Below, in pieces: positions 15,294 through 24,306 of a stretch of DNA of 56,079 nucleotides. The translations under genes were made by a program, and so were the position numbers. The stretch is from the NCBI GenBank assembly GCA_040381435.1, contig JBEIHI010000001.1, positions 1-56,079 of the forward strand, in the 5' to 3' direction. Position 1 is the first letter of the stretch. Every line of letters starts with the position of its first letter. This DNA comes from Bacteriovoracaceae bacterium. Its GTDB lineage: Bacteria; Bdellovibrionota; UBA2394. Below the pieces are notes generated by a model. That model ran no database searches. It was not told where the DNA came from and worked only from the letters and a program-made list of their open reading frames with translations.

Positions 15294-18200
15294 AGAGCCC
15301 CCAACGAGAATTTGTCGAACTTAACGCAAAGAGCTGTTTCAGCTTCTTGCGCGCTGCGTCACAGCCTGAGGAGCTAGTTCAACAGGCCCATCAGCTTGGC
15401 TACCGGGGCCTAGCTGTCACAGACATAAACGGATTTTATGGAATGGTTCGAACCTTTGAGAGCGCTCGACAACTTTTATTTACATCACTATTTGGAGTCG
15501 AAATTAGCCTTGATGGATCGCCCCTCATTCTCCTTGCAAAGAGCTTTAAAGGCTACAGCAAGCTCTGCCGCATGATATCTGAGGCCTATCAAAACCGCCC
15601 CAAAGGAGACCCCCTCTTCACTCAAGAACTGGTTAAGAAATGGTTAGATCCACAAGTTATGCACAGTTTATTGCCAGCGAGCCGACCAACTCCTCAAAAT
15701 CTGTTTAGTTGGCTGAGGGAAATCACTCCCTTGACGCAGCTCGTAACACAAACTCAACATCCCGATCAGGATCTTCCCATGCTGCGCTGGCTCAATCAGC
15801 TTCCGCGCGAGATTCCCAGAGCCTGGACATGGCAGCCCCTCTTTCATCACCCCATACGATTTGAGGCCTTTGGAGCTCTTGAAGCTATAAACAAAAAAAC
15901 TACTGTTCATGAAAATCCTGCGCGCTTTAATGCACAGAGCTATCTCCACCCCCTATCTGATCTTGATCGACTGAAGGTTCCCATTGAATGGACTGACGAA
16001 ACGCTTCGAATTGCAGAAAGCTGTAGCTTTTCACCCACTGAAATCAAGTATCGATACCCCAAAGAATGGCTACCTGAAGGGATGTCATCCTTTGAGTTCC
16101 TCTCTCAACTCTGTGAAAAGGGCATTCGCAAACGATACCCCGACGGACCATCAAGAGACGTCCTCGATCAACTCTCCCATGAGCTTGAGCTCGTTCGAGA
16201 CTTAGAGTTTGAGGACTACTTTTTGACGGTTTGGGACATTGTTCATTTTGCACGATCTCAAAACATTCTCTGCCAAGGCAGAGGCTCAGCCGCAAACTCT
16301 GTCGTCTGCTACCTGCTTGAGATTACCTCGATCGATCCTGTTCGAATGAATTTACTCTTTGAACGTTTTATCTCGCGCGAGCGAAACGAAGCACCTGATA
16401 TTGATGTCGATTTCGAGCACGAGCGCCGCGAAGAAGTGATTCAATATGTTTACCGAAAGTATGGACGTGAGCGGGCGGGAATGGTCGCTACACTCCTTAC
16501 CTACCGATCAAAATCGGCATTTCGAGATGCAGGAAAGGCGCTTGGCGTTCCTACTGCCGCAATTGATTTAGTCAGCCGAAAGCTCTCATGGCGTGAAGCG
16601 CCTGAAACCGTTGTGCATCAGATCCCCGAGCACGAGCTGACGAAGGTCCAAAAGGACCGCTGGATTCGAGTCGCCCAAACAATCAAGTCATTTCCCAGAC
16701 ATCTGGGACAACATACAGGAGGCATGATTCTCACCGATGGGCGACTCGATGAGATTTCACCAATAGAGCCCGCTCGAATGGAGGGGCGCTCTGTTATTCA
16801 GTGGGACAAATACGATATTGAGAAATTGGGACTCCTCAAAATCGACTTGCTCGGACTAGGAATGCTTACTTGCCTAAGAAAGTCATTCGATCTCATCAGA
16901 GGTTTTTATGGCACGGACTTAGAGCTTCACCGCATTCCGCCCCAAGATGAAAAGACTTTTGAGATGATCGCGCAGGCGCGGACGGTGGGAGTTTTTCAAA
17001 TCGAGTCACGAGCACAGATGAATATGCTCCCGCGCCTTAAACCCAAAAACTTTTATGATCTTGTTGTTGAAGTGGCCATTGTGAGGCCCGGCCCCCTCCA
17101 GGGCGGAATGGTCCATCCTTATTTAAGGAGACGAATGGGGCTTGAGCCAATCACCTACGCCCATCCGAAACTCAAACCCATTCTTGAAAAAACTCTGGGC
17201 GTTCCCATTTTTCAGGAACAGGTAATGAAAATGGCAATCGAAGTCGCTGGCTACACACCAGGAGAAGCAGATGCTTTACGAAGAGCCATGGGCGCTTGGA
17301 AAAAATCTGGCAACCTCGAAAGCCACGCAAAAGAGATGTGCCAACGGATGGTAAAAAATGGAGTTGCGCAGTCTTTTGCCGAACAAGTCTGTCAGCAAAT
17401 CTTGGGCTTTGGTGAATATGGGTTTCCTGAATCTCACGCAGCAAGCTTTGCACTCCTGACCTACGCATCCTCGTATTTGAAGGCCCACTATCCCGCCGCC
17501 TTCCTCTGTGGCCTCCTGAACTCGATGCCAATGGGCTTTTATTCTCATCACGCTCTTCATTCTTCATTTCTCAGAGAGGGCGTAAGGATCCTGCCACCGC
17601 ATACTGAACTTTCAGACTGGGATCATCAGCTTGAGCGAGATGAAGACGGAAGCGCATCACTACGCTTGGGCTTTCGAATGATCCGCGGCGTTTCTCAGAA
17701 GAATGCCATGCGATTCATTTCGGAAAGAAAACTCGGACGCTTCGATCTGTCTGTGTTTGACCAAGATGAGAAGGCGCAAATTGCCTTAGCCACCGAGGAG
17801 TTCAAACGTCGCGAGGCTCTCTGGGCTGCCATTGACAAAAGCGATCAGACGCTTCCCCTTCAGTCTTCTCGCACGAGGCCCCCTCAGTTTCCTACACTCT
17901 CTAAACTCTCTTCAGTTCTGCTTGATCTCGAAGTGATGGAAACAACTCTGAAACAACATCCGGCCTCCGTTCTTCGAGAAGAAGGATGGAGCTATTCGAT
18001 GGCATCCAATCAGCTGACCATGGCCTGCGATGTGGTTCATCAATCCAATCGACTTGTTCATGTCTTTGGAATTATTCAGGTGATTCAAAGCCCGCCAACC
18101 GCCAAAGGGCTTCTCTTTATCACCCTTGAAGATGAAACAGGATTCCTCAATCTGGTGGTAAAACCCAATATCTATCAGCGGCACAAAGATCTTTTTCAGA

Positions 18201-18379
18201 CTCAATGGGGGCTTCTCATTTCTGGAAGGGTTCAAAATCAGTCGGGCTCTGTTTCCATTCAAGTTCAATACGTTCACCGACCTGAGCAGAGAAAATCTCA
18301 ATTCAAAGTTTTCCGACGACGCGGACATCCCAGAGACCTCAAACAGTTTGAAGGCTACGGTGAGTCCATCTCAAGATAG
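15290..18379 (+). CDS. dnaE2: Error-prone DNA polymerase III alpha-type subunit DnaE2 (ImuC)
   Basis: 1029 aa. PHP-domain start FVELNAKSCFSFLRAASQPEELV. Pol III alpha core motifs (PDIDVDF, GLLKIDLLGL, FQIESRAQ). Cassette context with imuA/imuB. Confidence 0.92.
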   Translation: MKSPQREFVELNAKSCFSFLRAASQPEELVQQAHQLGYRGLAVTDINGFYGMVRTFESARQLLFTSLFGVEISLDGSPLILLAKSFKGYSKLCRMISEAYQNRPKGDPLFTQELVKKWLDPQVMHSLLPASRPTPQNLFSWLREITPLTQLVTQTQHPDQDLPMLRWLNQLPREIPRAWTWQPLFHHPIRFEAFGALEAINKKTTVHENPARFNAQSYLHPLSDLDRLKVPIEWTDETLRIAESCSFSPTEIKYRYPKEWLPEGMSSFEFLSQLCEKGIRKRYPDGPSRDVLDQLSHELELVRDLEFEDYFLTVWDIVHFARSQNILCQGRGSAANSVVCYLLEITSIDPVRMNLLFERFISRERNEAPDIDVDFEHERREEVIQYVYRKYGRERAGMVATLLTYRSKSAFRDAGKALGVPTAAIDLVSRKLSWREAPETVVHQIPEHELTKVQKDRWIRVAQTIKSFPRHLGQHTGGMILTDGRLDEISPIEPARMEGRSVIQWDKYDIEKLGLLKIDLLGLGMLTCLRKSFDLIRGFYGTDLELHRIPPQDEKTFEMIAQARTVGVFQIESRAQMNMLPRLKPKNFYDLVVEVAIVRPGPLQGGMVHPYLRRRMGLEPITYAHPKLKPILEKTLGVPIFQEQVMKMAIEVAGYTPGEADALRRAMGAWKKSGNLESHAKEMCQRMVKNGVAQSFAEQVCQQILGFGEYGFPESHAASFALLTYASSYLKAHYPAAFLCGLLNSMPMGFYSHHALHSSFLREGVRILPPHTELSDWDHQLERDEDGSASLRLGFRMIRGVSQKNAMRFISERKLGRFDLSVFDQDEKAQIALATEEFKRREALWAAIDKSDQTLPLQSSRTRPPQFPTLSKLSSVLLDLEVMETTLKQHPASVLREEGWSYSMASNQLTMACDVVHQSNRLVHVFGIIQVIQSPPTAKGLLFITLEDETGFLNLVVKPNIYQRHKDLFQTQWGLLISGRVQNQSGSVSIQVQYVHRPEQRKSQFKVFRRRGHPRDLKQFEGYGESISR

Positions 18380-19467
18380 GCATTGAGAAGATATTGAGTC
18401 GAAATACTTTGATCATCCGGCTGAAAGTATCGATGTAAAGCCACGGGATCACTAAGGGGATAAGCTGTCTTAAAACTTCCTCTAAAGAATAAAATCGCAG
18501 CAGGTCGCGCATCCAACACCCCAGCTGCAAGATATCCAGGAAGCTCTCGCTCTCGATACATCCCGCGCTTGAGAACTTGTCTCGGCTTCCAGTCCTGAAA
18601 CACCAAGCTCCAGTCATCGACTGGCTTCACCCCGAGCATCATTTCGTCAAAATCTCTGAGCTGATAGTGAATTGTTTTTCGAATCCCGGAAAACATCAGG
18701 GGAGCAAGAGAACACTCCAAACAAGATTTGGGAATATACAACGAGCCAACCTGCCCCATGTCCGCCCATGCTTTTGAATTAAATTTATACAGGGCATGGC
18801 TTCGACTGTGACTAAAAACAAGAGGAGATCTTCCAGAACTGCGCTCAATCACCTCTAAGCCATCCGCGCCATGATGCGACTGTGCTGCAGTATCCACTTT
18901 GAGTAACAGGCTCTGTGCATAACGGCTCTTTGTGCGCTCTCGCCACTTTGCCTCGAGCTCGGGATTCTGACTATAGATCATGGGGAAGCCATGAGCATTC
19001 GTAACCAAGACCTCAAGCTCACCTGGAAACTTCTTCGTCTTTCGAATGATCAAGAGTTTGTTTTCGGTATCATGTGCATGCCCAATGCCGTTGGTATCAA
19101 TCGCATGATACACAATGTAATTCACATAAAAATGCGATCGACTTTCAATCACTGAGAAATAGATCTCTGGATTCTCCGCCGCATTCCGCGCCCGATCATC
19201 TGTTAATAAAAACGCATTACGAGCATTGTCTCGCAAATCAGAATTGCCATCGAAATTGAAACTCAAAATTGAGTCGATGGGATTAAAGCCAGTTCCTAAA
19301 TCTAGAAGATCCAAAGTTTCGTGCTGATAAATAACAGGAGCGAAGGCTTCAGCTACCAATCGTCGCCGCAGTGCGGACTCTGTAAAGTCACCAATCTGCG
19401 CAGCAAGATCAGCGGACAGAAGCCCAACAGTCCCTGTCCAAAAAACGAGGCCCCTCCAGAGGCTCAT
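18355..19467 (-). CDS. Secreted protein of unknown function with an NPP1/NLP-like GHAHDTE motif
   Basis: N-terminal signal-like segment. The central FYVNYIVYHAIDTNGIGHAHDTENKLLII resembles the Y-x-Y...D...GHRHDWE-hydrophobic strand of NPP1/NLP (also Vps62-like) proteins. Confidence 0.65.
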   Translation of the reverse strand: MSLWRGLVFWTGTVGLLSADLAAQIGDFTESALRRRLVAEAFAPVIYQHETLDLLDLGTGFNPIDSILSFNFDGNSDLRDNARNAFLLTDDRARNAAENPEIYFSVIESRSHFYVNYIVYHAIDTNGIGHAHDTENKLLIIRKTKKFPGELEVLVTNAHGFPMIYSQNPELEAKWRERTKSRYAQSLLLKVDTAAQSHHGADGLEVIERSSGRSPLVFSHSRSHALYKFNSKAWADMGQVGSLYIPKSCLECSLAPLMFSGIRKTIHYQLRDFDEMMLGVKPVDDWSLVFQDWKPRQVLKRGMYRERELPGYLAAGVLDARPAAILFFRGSFKTAYPLSDPVALHRYFQPDDQSISTQYLLNAYLEMDSP

Positions 19468-19541
19468 AATCTTATCATCTCACGAAGGCTAAAGACTTAG
19501 AACGCGCTCCAAATGGGCCCAAGGACCCATCCCAAGAGGCT

Positions 19542-19763
19542 TTAGACGTTACGAAAAAGAATCAGACCATGAGAGAGATCATAAGGCGAAAGACCCACGG
19601 TGACGCGATCACCCGGCAGCACCTTGATACTGAATCGTCTCATCTTTCCACAGAGTTTAGCGTTGAGCTCTTGCTTGTTCATATCGAGCTTCACCTTATA
19701 AAGTCCGCCAGCAGCAATATCTATGACGGTTCCTTCAACTTTAACTAAATCATCTCGCGCCAT
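19542..19763 (-). CDS. infA: Translation initiation factor IF-1
   Basis: 73 aa. VEGTVI ... GKMRRFSIKVLPGDRVTVGLSPYDLSHGLILFR matches the IF-1 S1-like fold sequence closely. Confidence 0.95.
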   Translation of the reverse strand: MARDDLVKVEGTVIDIAAGGLYKVKLDMNKQELNAKLCGKMRRFSIKVLPGDRVTVGLSPYDLSHGLILFRNV

Positions 19764-19804
19764 TCTCTTCTTTCACTTCTCTCCCGAATCATTAATTTAG
19801 ACCC

Positions 19805-20509
19805 ATGACTAACACAAGTCTGTCTGTCAAAAAATACCTGATATTTCTTATTTTAAGTAGTTTTCTAGCGGCTTGTAGCGCCAAAAGAGCAGGTTTAGAC
19901 GACTTCAGAGCCCTTCAGACCGGCGATTTAGTCTTTTTGGATCTAGAGTGCGGAGACATCTGCGATGCCATTGAATCAGTCACACTGGAGCAATTCTCCG
20001 TCAATGGGCCGAGACTTTCTCATGTGGGAATCGTGGAGCGCATTGGAAATGAAATCTTCGTCCTAGAAAGCTGGCCCCCCAAAGGAGTTCAGTCAACACC
20101 CCTAAAAGACTTCCTCGCGCGAGTTTCGGGAGGTCTCAATCAACCCTCTGGGGTTTACCTCGGAAAGCTCAGACCCGAGGCTCGATCTGCTGGGCAATCC
20201 GCCATTGTACGAATTCGAAATCAGATTGGTAAACCCTACGATGATCGATTCGTTTGGACACCCAAGAGTTTTTACTGCAGCGAACTTGTAACCTTCGGGT
20301 TTGCATCTGAAGGCTCGAGGGTGCTCGGGCAGTTCGACCCGCTCTTTATGCCTCGACCGATGTACTTTGGAGAGTCTCGCTCAAAAGCTCTTAAGACCTG
20401 GGAAGACTACTATCAAAAGATGAAGGAAGATGTTCCTCACGGAGAACTTGGAGTCAGTCCCCTCGGAATCTATCTTGAAGGCAAACAGCGATTGTTTGTG
20501 AAAGACTAA
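19805..20509 (+). CDS. YiiX/YaeF-family permuted papain-like (NlpC/P60 clan) lipoprotein
   Basis: Lipobox LAAC. GDLVFLD ... GKPYD ... FYCSELV pattern of the permuted papain (C92) family. Confidence 0.7.
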   Translation: MTNTSLSVKKYLIFLILSSFLAACSAKRAGLDDFRALQTGDLVFLDLECGDICDAIESVTLEQFSVNGPRLSHVGIVERIGNEIFVLESWPPKGVQSTPLKDFLARVSGGLNQPSGVYLGKLRPEARSAGQSAIVRIRNQIGKPYDDRFVWTPKSFYCSELVTFGFASEGSRVLGQFDPLFMPRPMYFGESRSKALKTWEDYYQKMKEDVPHGELGVSPLGIYLEGKQRLFVKD

Positions 20510-21828
20510 GACGTCTTCAGTTTGATCTTCAACGCGGAAACTAGATCTTGTCTTGCGATTTCCTCTTCCTGACCGGATTCAAAGTCCTTGAGCTTCAGAC
20601 GCTTTTGCTTCAACTCATCATCACCGCAGATGACGACCCATCGCCGGTTCATATCACCCGCGTACTTAAACTGATTCTTCAACTTTGCTTCATCAGCATA
20701 AACATCAACAGCGATACCATTCTGCCGGAGTTCCTTTGCTATCTTAAGGACTTCAGCTCTCAAGCTCTCATGGAAAACAGGAACGAAAACCGTCGATGAA
20801 GATTTCAGTTTCTCCTGCTCCCTCAACAAGAGGGCAAGTCTTTCAAAGCCAATACTAAAACCACACGCAGGAAGGCTTTCCTTCATGAATCGACCGATCA
20901 GCCGATCGTACCGCCCACCACCCCCGAAGGAATAGCCAGCAGATGCATGTCGAAGTTCAAACACAGGACCCGTATAGTACCCAATCCCACGCACAAGACT
21001 TGAATCAAACTGAATCGCTGACACAGGAAGATCTACCTCTCTCAGCGTCTTGATCATTCGTTGAAGCTCATCAGAGGCAGTCGAGTGAATCGAATCAAAA
21101 GACTCAAGCCCAAGATCCCCTCGAAGAAGCCCCTCAACCTGAGCATTGAACTTAGCCCCTAGGAGCTCTCGAGCCTCATCCCGGAGGGTGGAGGGATCAA
21201 CTTTATCTTTCTTATCAAGAATGATGGCAAACTGATGAAACTCCGCATCCGTCATGGAATGTTTCTCAGCAAAGGCCTGCAATAAGCGACGATCATTTAT
21301 GCGCAATTCAAAGCCTTCGCCTCCCACTGAAGAAATCGCCGAAACGACCGCCTGAATGACTTCAAGTTCAGCAGCAAAAGTCTTTGCGCCAACAATATCG
21401 ACATCACATTGAACAAACTCTCGAAAGCGCCCCTTTTGAGATCTCTCGGCTCGCCACACCGGCCCGATATGAAAGACCTTCCAGGGCAAATGAATCTCGC
21501 CGCGATGCTGAGCTACCAATCGAGATAAAGGAACAGTCAGATCAAATCTTAAACCAAAATCAGCAATGGAATCCTCCGACGGGTTTGAGGCTAACGCGTC
21601 CTTGAGCTTATCGCCTCGCTTAAGTACTTTGAAAATGAGCTTCTCGTTTTCATCTCCACCGCCGGAACCCAAAAGCACGTCCAGGTTTTCAAAGGCAGGT
21701 GTTTCGATCGCCTCAAATCCGAACGATCGATAAACAGAAGATATTTTCTCCATCAACTCGAAGCGACGGCGCGCCTCATCCTTGATGAAATCTCGAAATC
21801 CTGAGGGTGGGTGAGTTGAAACTGCCAT
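20506..21828 (-). CDS. hisS: Histidine--tRNA ligase
   Basis: Class II motifs GFRDF, FHIGPVWRAERSQKGRFREF and GGGGRYDRLIG, plus a C-terminal anticodon-binding domain. Confidence 0.9.
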   Translation of the reverse strand: MAVSTHPPSGFRDFIKDEARRRFELMEKISSVYRSFGFEAIETPAFENLDVLLGSGGGDENEKLIFKVLKRGDKLKDALASNPSEDSIADFGLRFDLTVPLSRLVAQHRGEIHLPWKVFHIGPVWRAERSQKGRFREFVQCDVDIVGAKTFAAELEVIQAVVSAISSVGGEGFELRINDRRLLQAFAEKHSMTDAEFHQFAIILDKKDKVDPSTLRDEARELLGAKFNAQVEGLLRGDLGLESFDSIHSTASDELQRMIKTLREVDLPVSAIQFDSSLVRGIGYYTGPVFELRHASAGYSFGGGGRYDRLIGRFMKESLPACGFSIGFERLALLLREQEKLKSSSTVFVPVFHESLRAEVLKIAKELRQNGIAVDVYADEAKLKNQFKYAGDMNRRWVVICGDDELKQKRLKLKDFESGQEEEIARQDLVSALKIKLKTS

Positions 21829-21867
21829 AACTCTTTGGACAGACTACCCAAACAGCACAAGACTTCC

Positions 21868-21909
21868 AAAAAAAAAGAGCTCCGAATCCTAAAACCCGAA
21901 GCTCTTTTT
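21868..21909 (-). terminator. Rho-independent terminator downstream of glnN
   Basis: 13-bp stem (AAAAAGAGCTTCG / CGGAGCTCTTTTT, one mismatch) and a 12-nt loop, followed on the minus strand by a run of 9 T. It lies 19 nt after the glnN stop. Confidence 0.7.
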
Positions 21910-21927
21910 CCTGATCTAAGCCCGAAA

Positions 21928-24129
21928 CTACTTCAAAAAGAGAATTTCGCGATACTTGGGCAAAGGCCAGAGCTCATCCGAAACAATGCCCTCGGCTTCA
22001 TCACAAAGCCCGCGGACCTTGAGCATCGAAGCCATGACCTTTTCACAAAGAGCGTCGGCTCGCTTGCTCTCATCATGGATATCAAAGACCTTCTTGAGCT
22101 CAGATTCCAGAGTGGCCCGCGCCTTCAAAAGACCCTCGTAGACGGCCTTGATATCTTCAAGTCGATCCACGGCAACGGACTTACCAGCCGCTTTGACATG
22201 ACCAATCATCTCGGCAATTCGATACATTTCCTTCTCAACGGCCGCCATAATCTGGGTGTCGACAATCTCAAGGACTGTTGAGGCTTCCATCTCGATTTGC
22301 TTGATATACCTCTCAAGCATGATCACATGACGAGCTTTGATCTCCTCATGGCTCAGCACTTTGCCCTCCGCCAGGAAATCCATGGAGCCCTTTTTGTCAA
22401 AAACCTTCAAAGCTTCGGGCGTCGTTTTCAAGTTAGGAAGCCCTCGCTTCTCGGCCTCTTTTCTCCACTCCTCGGAGTAACCATTGCCCTCAAAGCGAAT
22501 GGCTTTGGTTTCCTTGATCACCTCTCGAATGAGCTCCAAAATAGCAGCGTCTCGATTCTTCGAATTGGCCAATTTCTTTTCCAATCGATCGCTGAGCTTA
22601 TTGAAAGCATCGGCTGCGGCTGTGTTCAAGAAAGTAGCTGGAAACGATGTATTCGCGGATGAACCGACAGCCCTAAACTCAAACTTGTTTCCGGTGAAAG
22701 CAAAGGGAGAGGTTCGATTTCGGTCCGTGTTATCTCGAGAAACTACCGCGAGCTTAGAAACCCCAAGGCTCAAAATTGCTTCATCCGCTGGCCCTTCGAA
22801 TTCACGACCCGACTCCAGTTTATCCAAAATAGAGCTCAATGTTTCCCCTAGAAACACGGACAAAATCGCTGGCGGTGCTTCGTTTGCTCCCAAGCGATGA
22901 TCATTGCCTGGTGAGGCAATTCCAACTCGAAGCGCATCCGCATGATCGTGAACGGCCTTCAAGACCGTGCACAACACCGCCAAGAACCTTAAGTTTTGAT
23001 GAGGGGTCTTGCCAGGCTCTAAGAGATTCTCTCCCTTTTGAGTCGCAAGACTCCAATTGTTGTGCTTTCCAGAACCATTGACACCCGCGAAAGGTTTTTC
23101 ATGCAGTAAGCACACCAAATCGTGGCGCAAAGCGACTCGCATCATCACATCCATGGTGAGTGCGTTGTGATCCGCGGCCAAATTGACATCTTCAAAGATG
23201 GGAGCCACTTCATACTGAGCGGGGGCGACTTCATTGTGCCGAGTCTTAATAGGCACACCCAATTCATAGAGCTCTTTTTCGACCTCTTGCATGAAAGCCT
23301 GAACTCGACTGGGGATAGATCCAAAGTAATGATCCTCAAATTGCTGACCTCGAGTCGAGGACCGCCCGACCAGTGTCCGCCCCGTCATAATAAGATCCGG
23401 CCGCAGAGAATAAAGTGAGCGGTCGATCAAGAAATACTCCTGCTCAACACCGAGTGTGGGGTCAATAGCGGTGATGTCGAGATCACCCAGGAGTTTCAAA
23501 AATCGGATCGCGGACTTTGACAGGTAATCCACAGACCGAATGAGAGGAGTCTTCGTATCAAGCGCATGACCATGATAGCTCATGAACGCCGAGGGAATAC
23601 ACAAGGTCACTCCATTGGTGGATTCAATCAAAAAAAGAGGGCTAGTGGGATCCCACGCAGTATAGCCTCTAGCTTCAAAGGTTGATCGCATTCCACCACT
23701 TGGAAACGAACTCGCATCAGGCTCAGACTGAATCAAGGATGAGCCCGTGAATCGTTCAATCACTGAGGTTTGTCCCGCCTCTGATGTTTTGGTCTGAATG
23801 AAGGCGTCATGCTTCTCCGCAGTGAGACCTGTCATAGGCTGAAACCAGTGACAGAAGTGTGAAGCACCATTGGAAATAGCCCAAACTTTAATGACATTCG
23901 CAATCTCGTCTGCGACGGATTTTTGGAGCCGCTGACCCTTATTCACCATGGCCATCAACGAGTCATAGGAATCTTTTGATAGCTTTTCTTTCAGCTGATC
24001 CAAGCTAAACGTTCGCCGTCCAAAAATTTCACTGACGACCATTTTCTGACCGGCGAGTGCTGGAACTTTTCGAACATCTCGAGAAATTGATTTCAAGACA
24101 GCCTCATGACGAGGCGATAGACCTGACAT
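21928..24129 (-). CDS. glnN: Glutamine synthetase type III
   Basis: 733 aa, the GSIII size class. The N-terminal FCHWFQPMTGLTAEKHDAF and central GSGKHNNWS segments are typical of GlnN. Confidence 0.9.
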   Translation of the reverse strand: MSGLSPRHEAVLKSISRDVRKVPALAGQKMVVSEIFGRRTFSLDQLKEKLSKDSYDSLMAMVNKGQRLQKSVADEIANVIKVWAISNGASHFCHWFQPMTGLTAEKHDAFIQTKTSEAGQTSVIERFTGSSLIQSEPDASSFPSGGMRSTFEARGYTAWDPTSPLFLIESTNGVTLCIPSAFMSYHGHALDTKTPLIRSVDYLSKSAIRFLKLLGDLDITAIDPTLGVEQEYFLIDRSLYSLRPDLIMTGRTLVGRSSTRGQQFEDHYFGSIPSRVQAFMQEVEKELYELGVPIKTRHNEVAPAQYEVAPIFEDVNLAADHNALTMDVMMRVALRHDLVCLLHEKPFAGVNGSGKHNNWSLATQKGENLLEPGKTPHQNLRFLAVLCTVLKAVHDHADALRVGIASPGNDHRLGANEAPPAILSVFLGETLSSILDKLESGREFEGPADEAILSLGVSKLAVVSRDNTDRNRTSPFAFTGNKFEFRAVGSSANTSFPATFLNTAAADAFNKLSDRLEKKLANSKNRDAAILELIREVIKETKAIRFEGNGYSEEWRKEAEKRGLPNLKTTPEALKVFDKKGSMDFLAEGKVLSHEEIKARHVIMLERYIKQIEMEASTVLEIVDTQIMAAVEKEMYRIAEMIGHVKAAGKSVAVDRLEDIKAVYEGLLKARATLESELKKVFDIHDESKRADALCEKVMASMLKVRGLCDEAEGIVSDELWPLPKYREILFLK

Positions 24130-24213
24130 TTTTTGCTCCTCTCAGCCTTTCCAAAGCTCAAATGAACCTGTGAAAAACCAAAATTTTTGAAACTCTAGGA
24201 AGCCTCCCAAAAC

Positions 24214-24228
24214 TGCTTGGAATGAGCC
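24214..24228 (-). promoter_or_regulatory. Weak sigma-54-type promoter candidate upstream of glnN
   Basis: Minus strand reads GGCTCA-TTCCA-AGCA. GG and GC are 12 nt apart as in TGGCAC-N5-TTGCA. It lies about 85 nt upstream of the glnN ATG. Confidence 0.25.
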
Positions 24229-24306
24229 TTTTAGAATCTCTGCTTAATATTATAGACGAGTTTAGACAGACCGAGAACCAAGGCAAGCTGAGCTTTGCGT
24301 CAACCC

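Noticed and set aside
24282-24298. GGCAAGCTGAGCTTTGC resembles a sigma-54 -24/-12 element near glnN.
   Set aside because: It is on the wrong strand for glnN, and the GG-to-GC spacing is 15 nt (or 10), not 12.
24130-24306. The largest intergenic regions (24130-24306, 39809-39995, 40227-40392) were inspected for tRNA, SRP RNA, riboswitch or CRISPR-like structure.
   Set aside because: They contain no cloverleaf-compatible arms, no conserved SRP/RNase P/tmRNA motifs and no direct repeats. They are best explained as promoter and leader regions.
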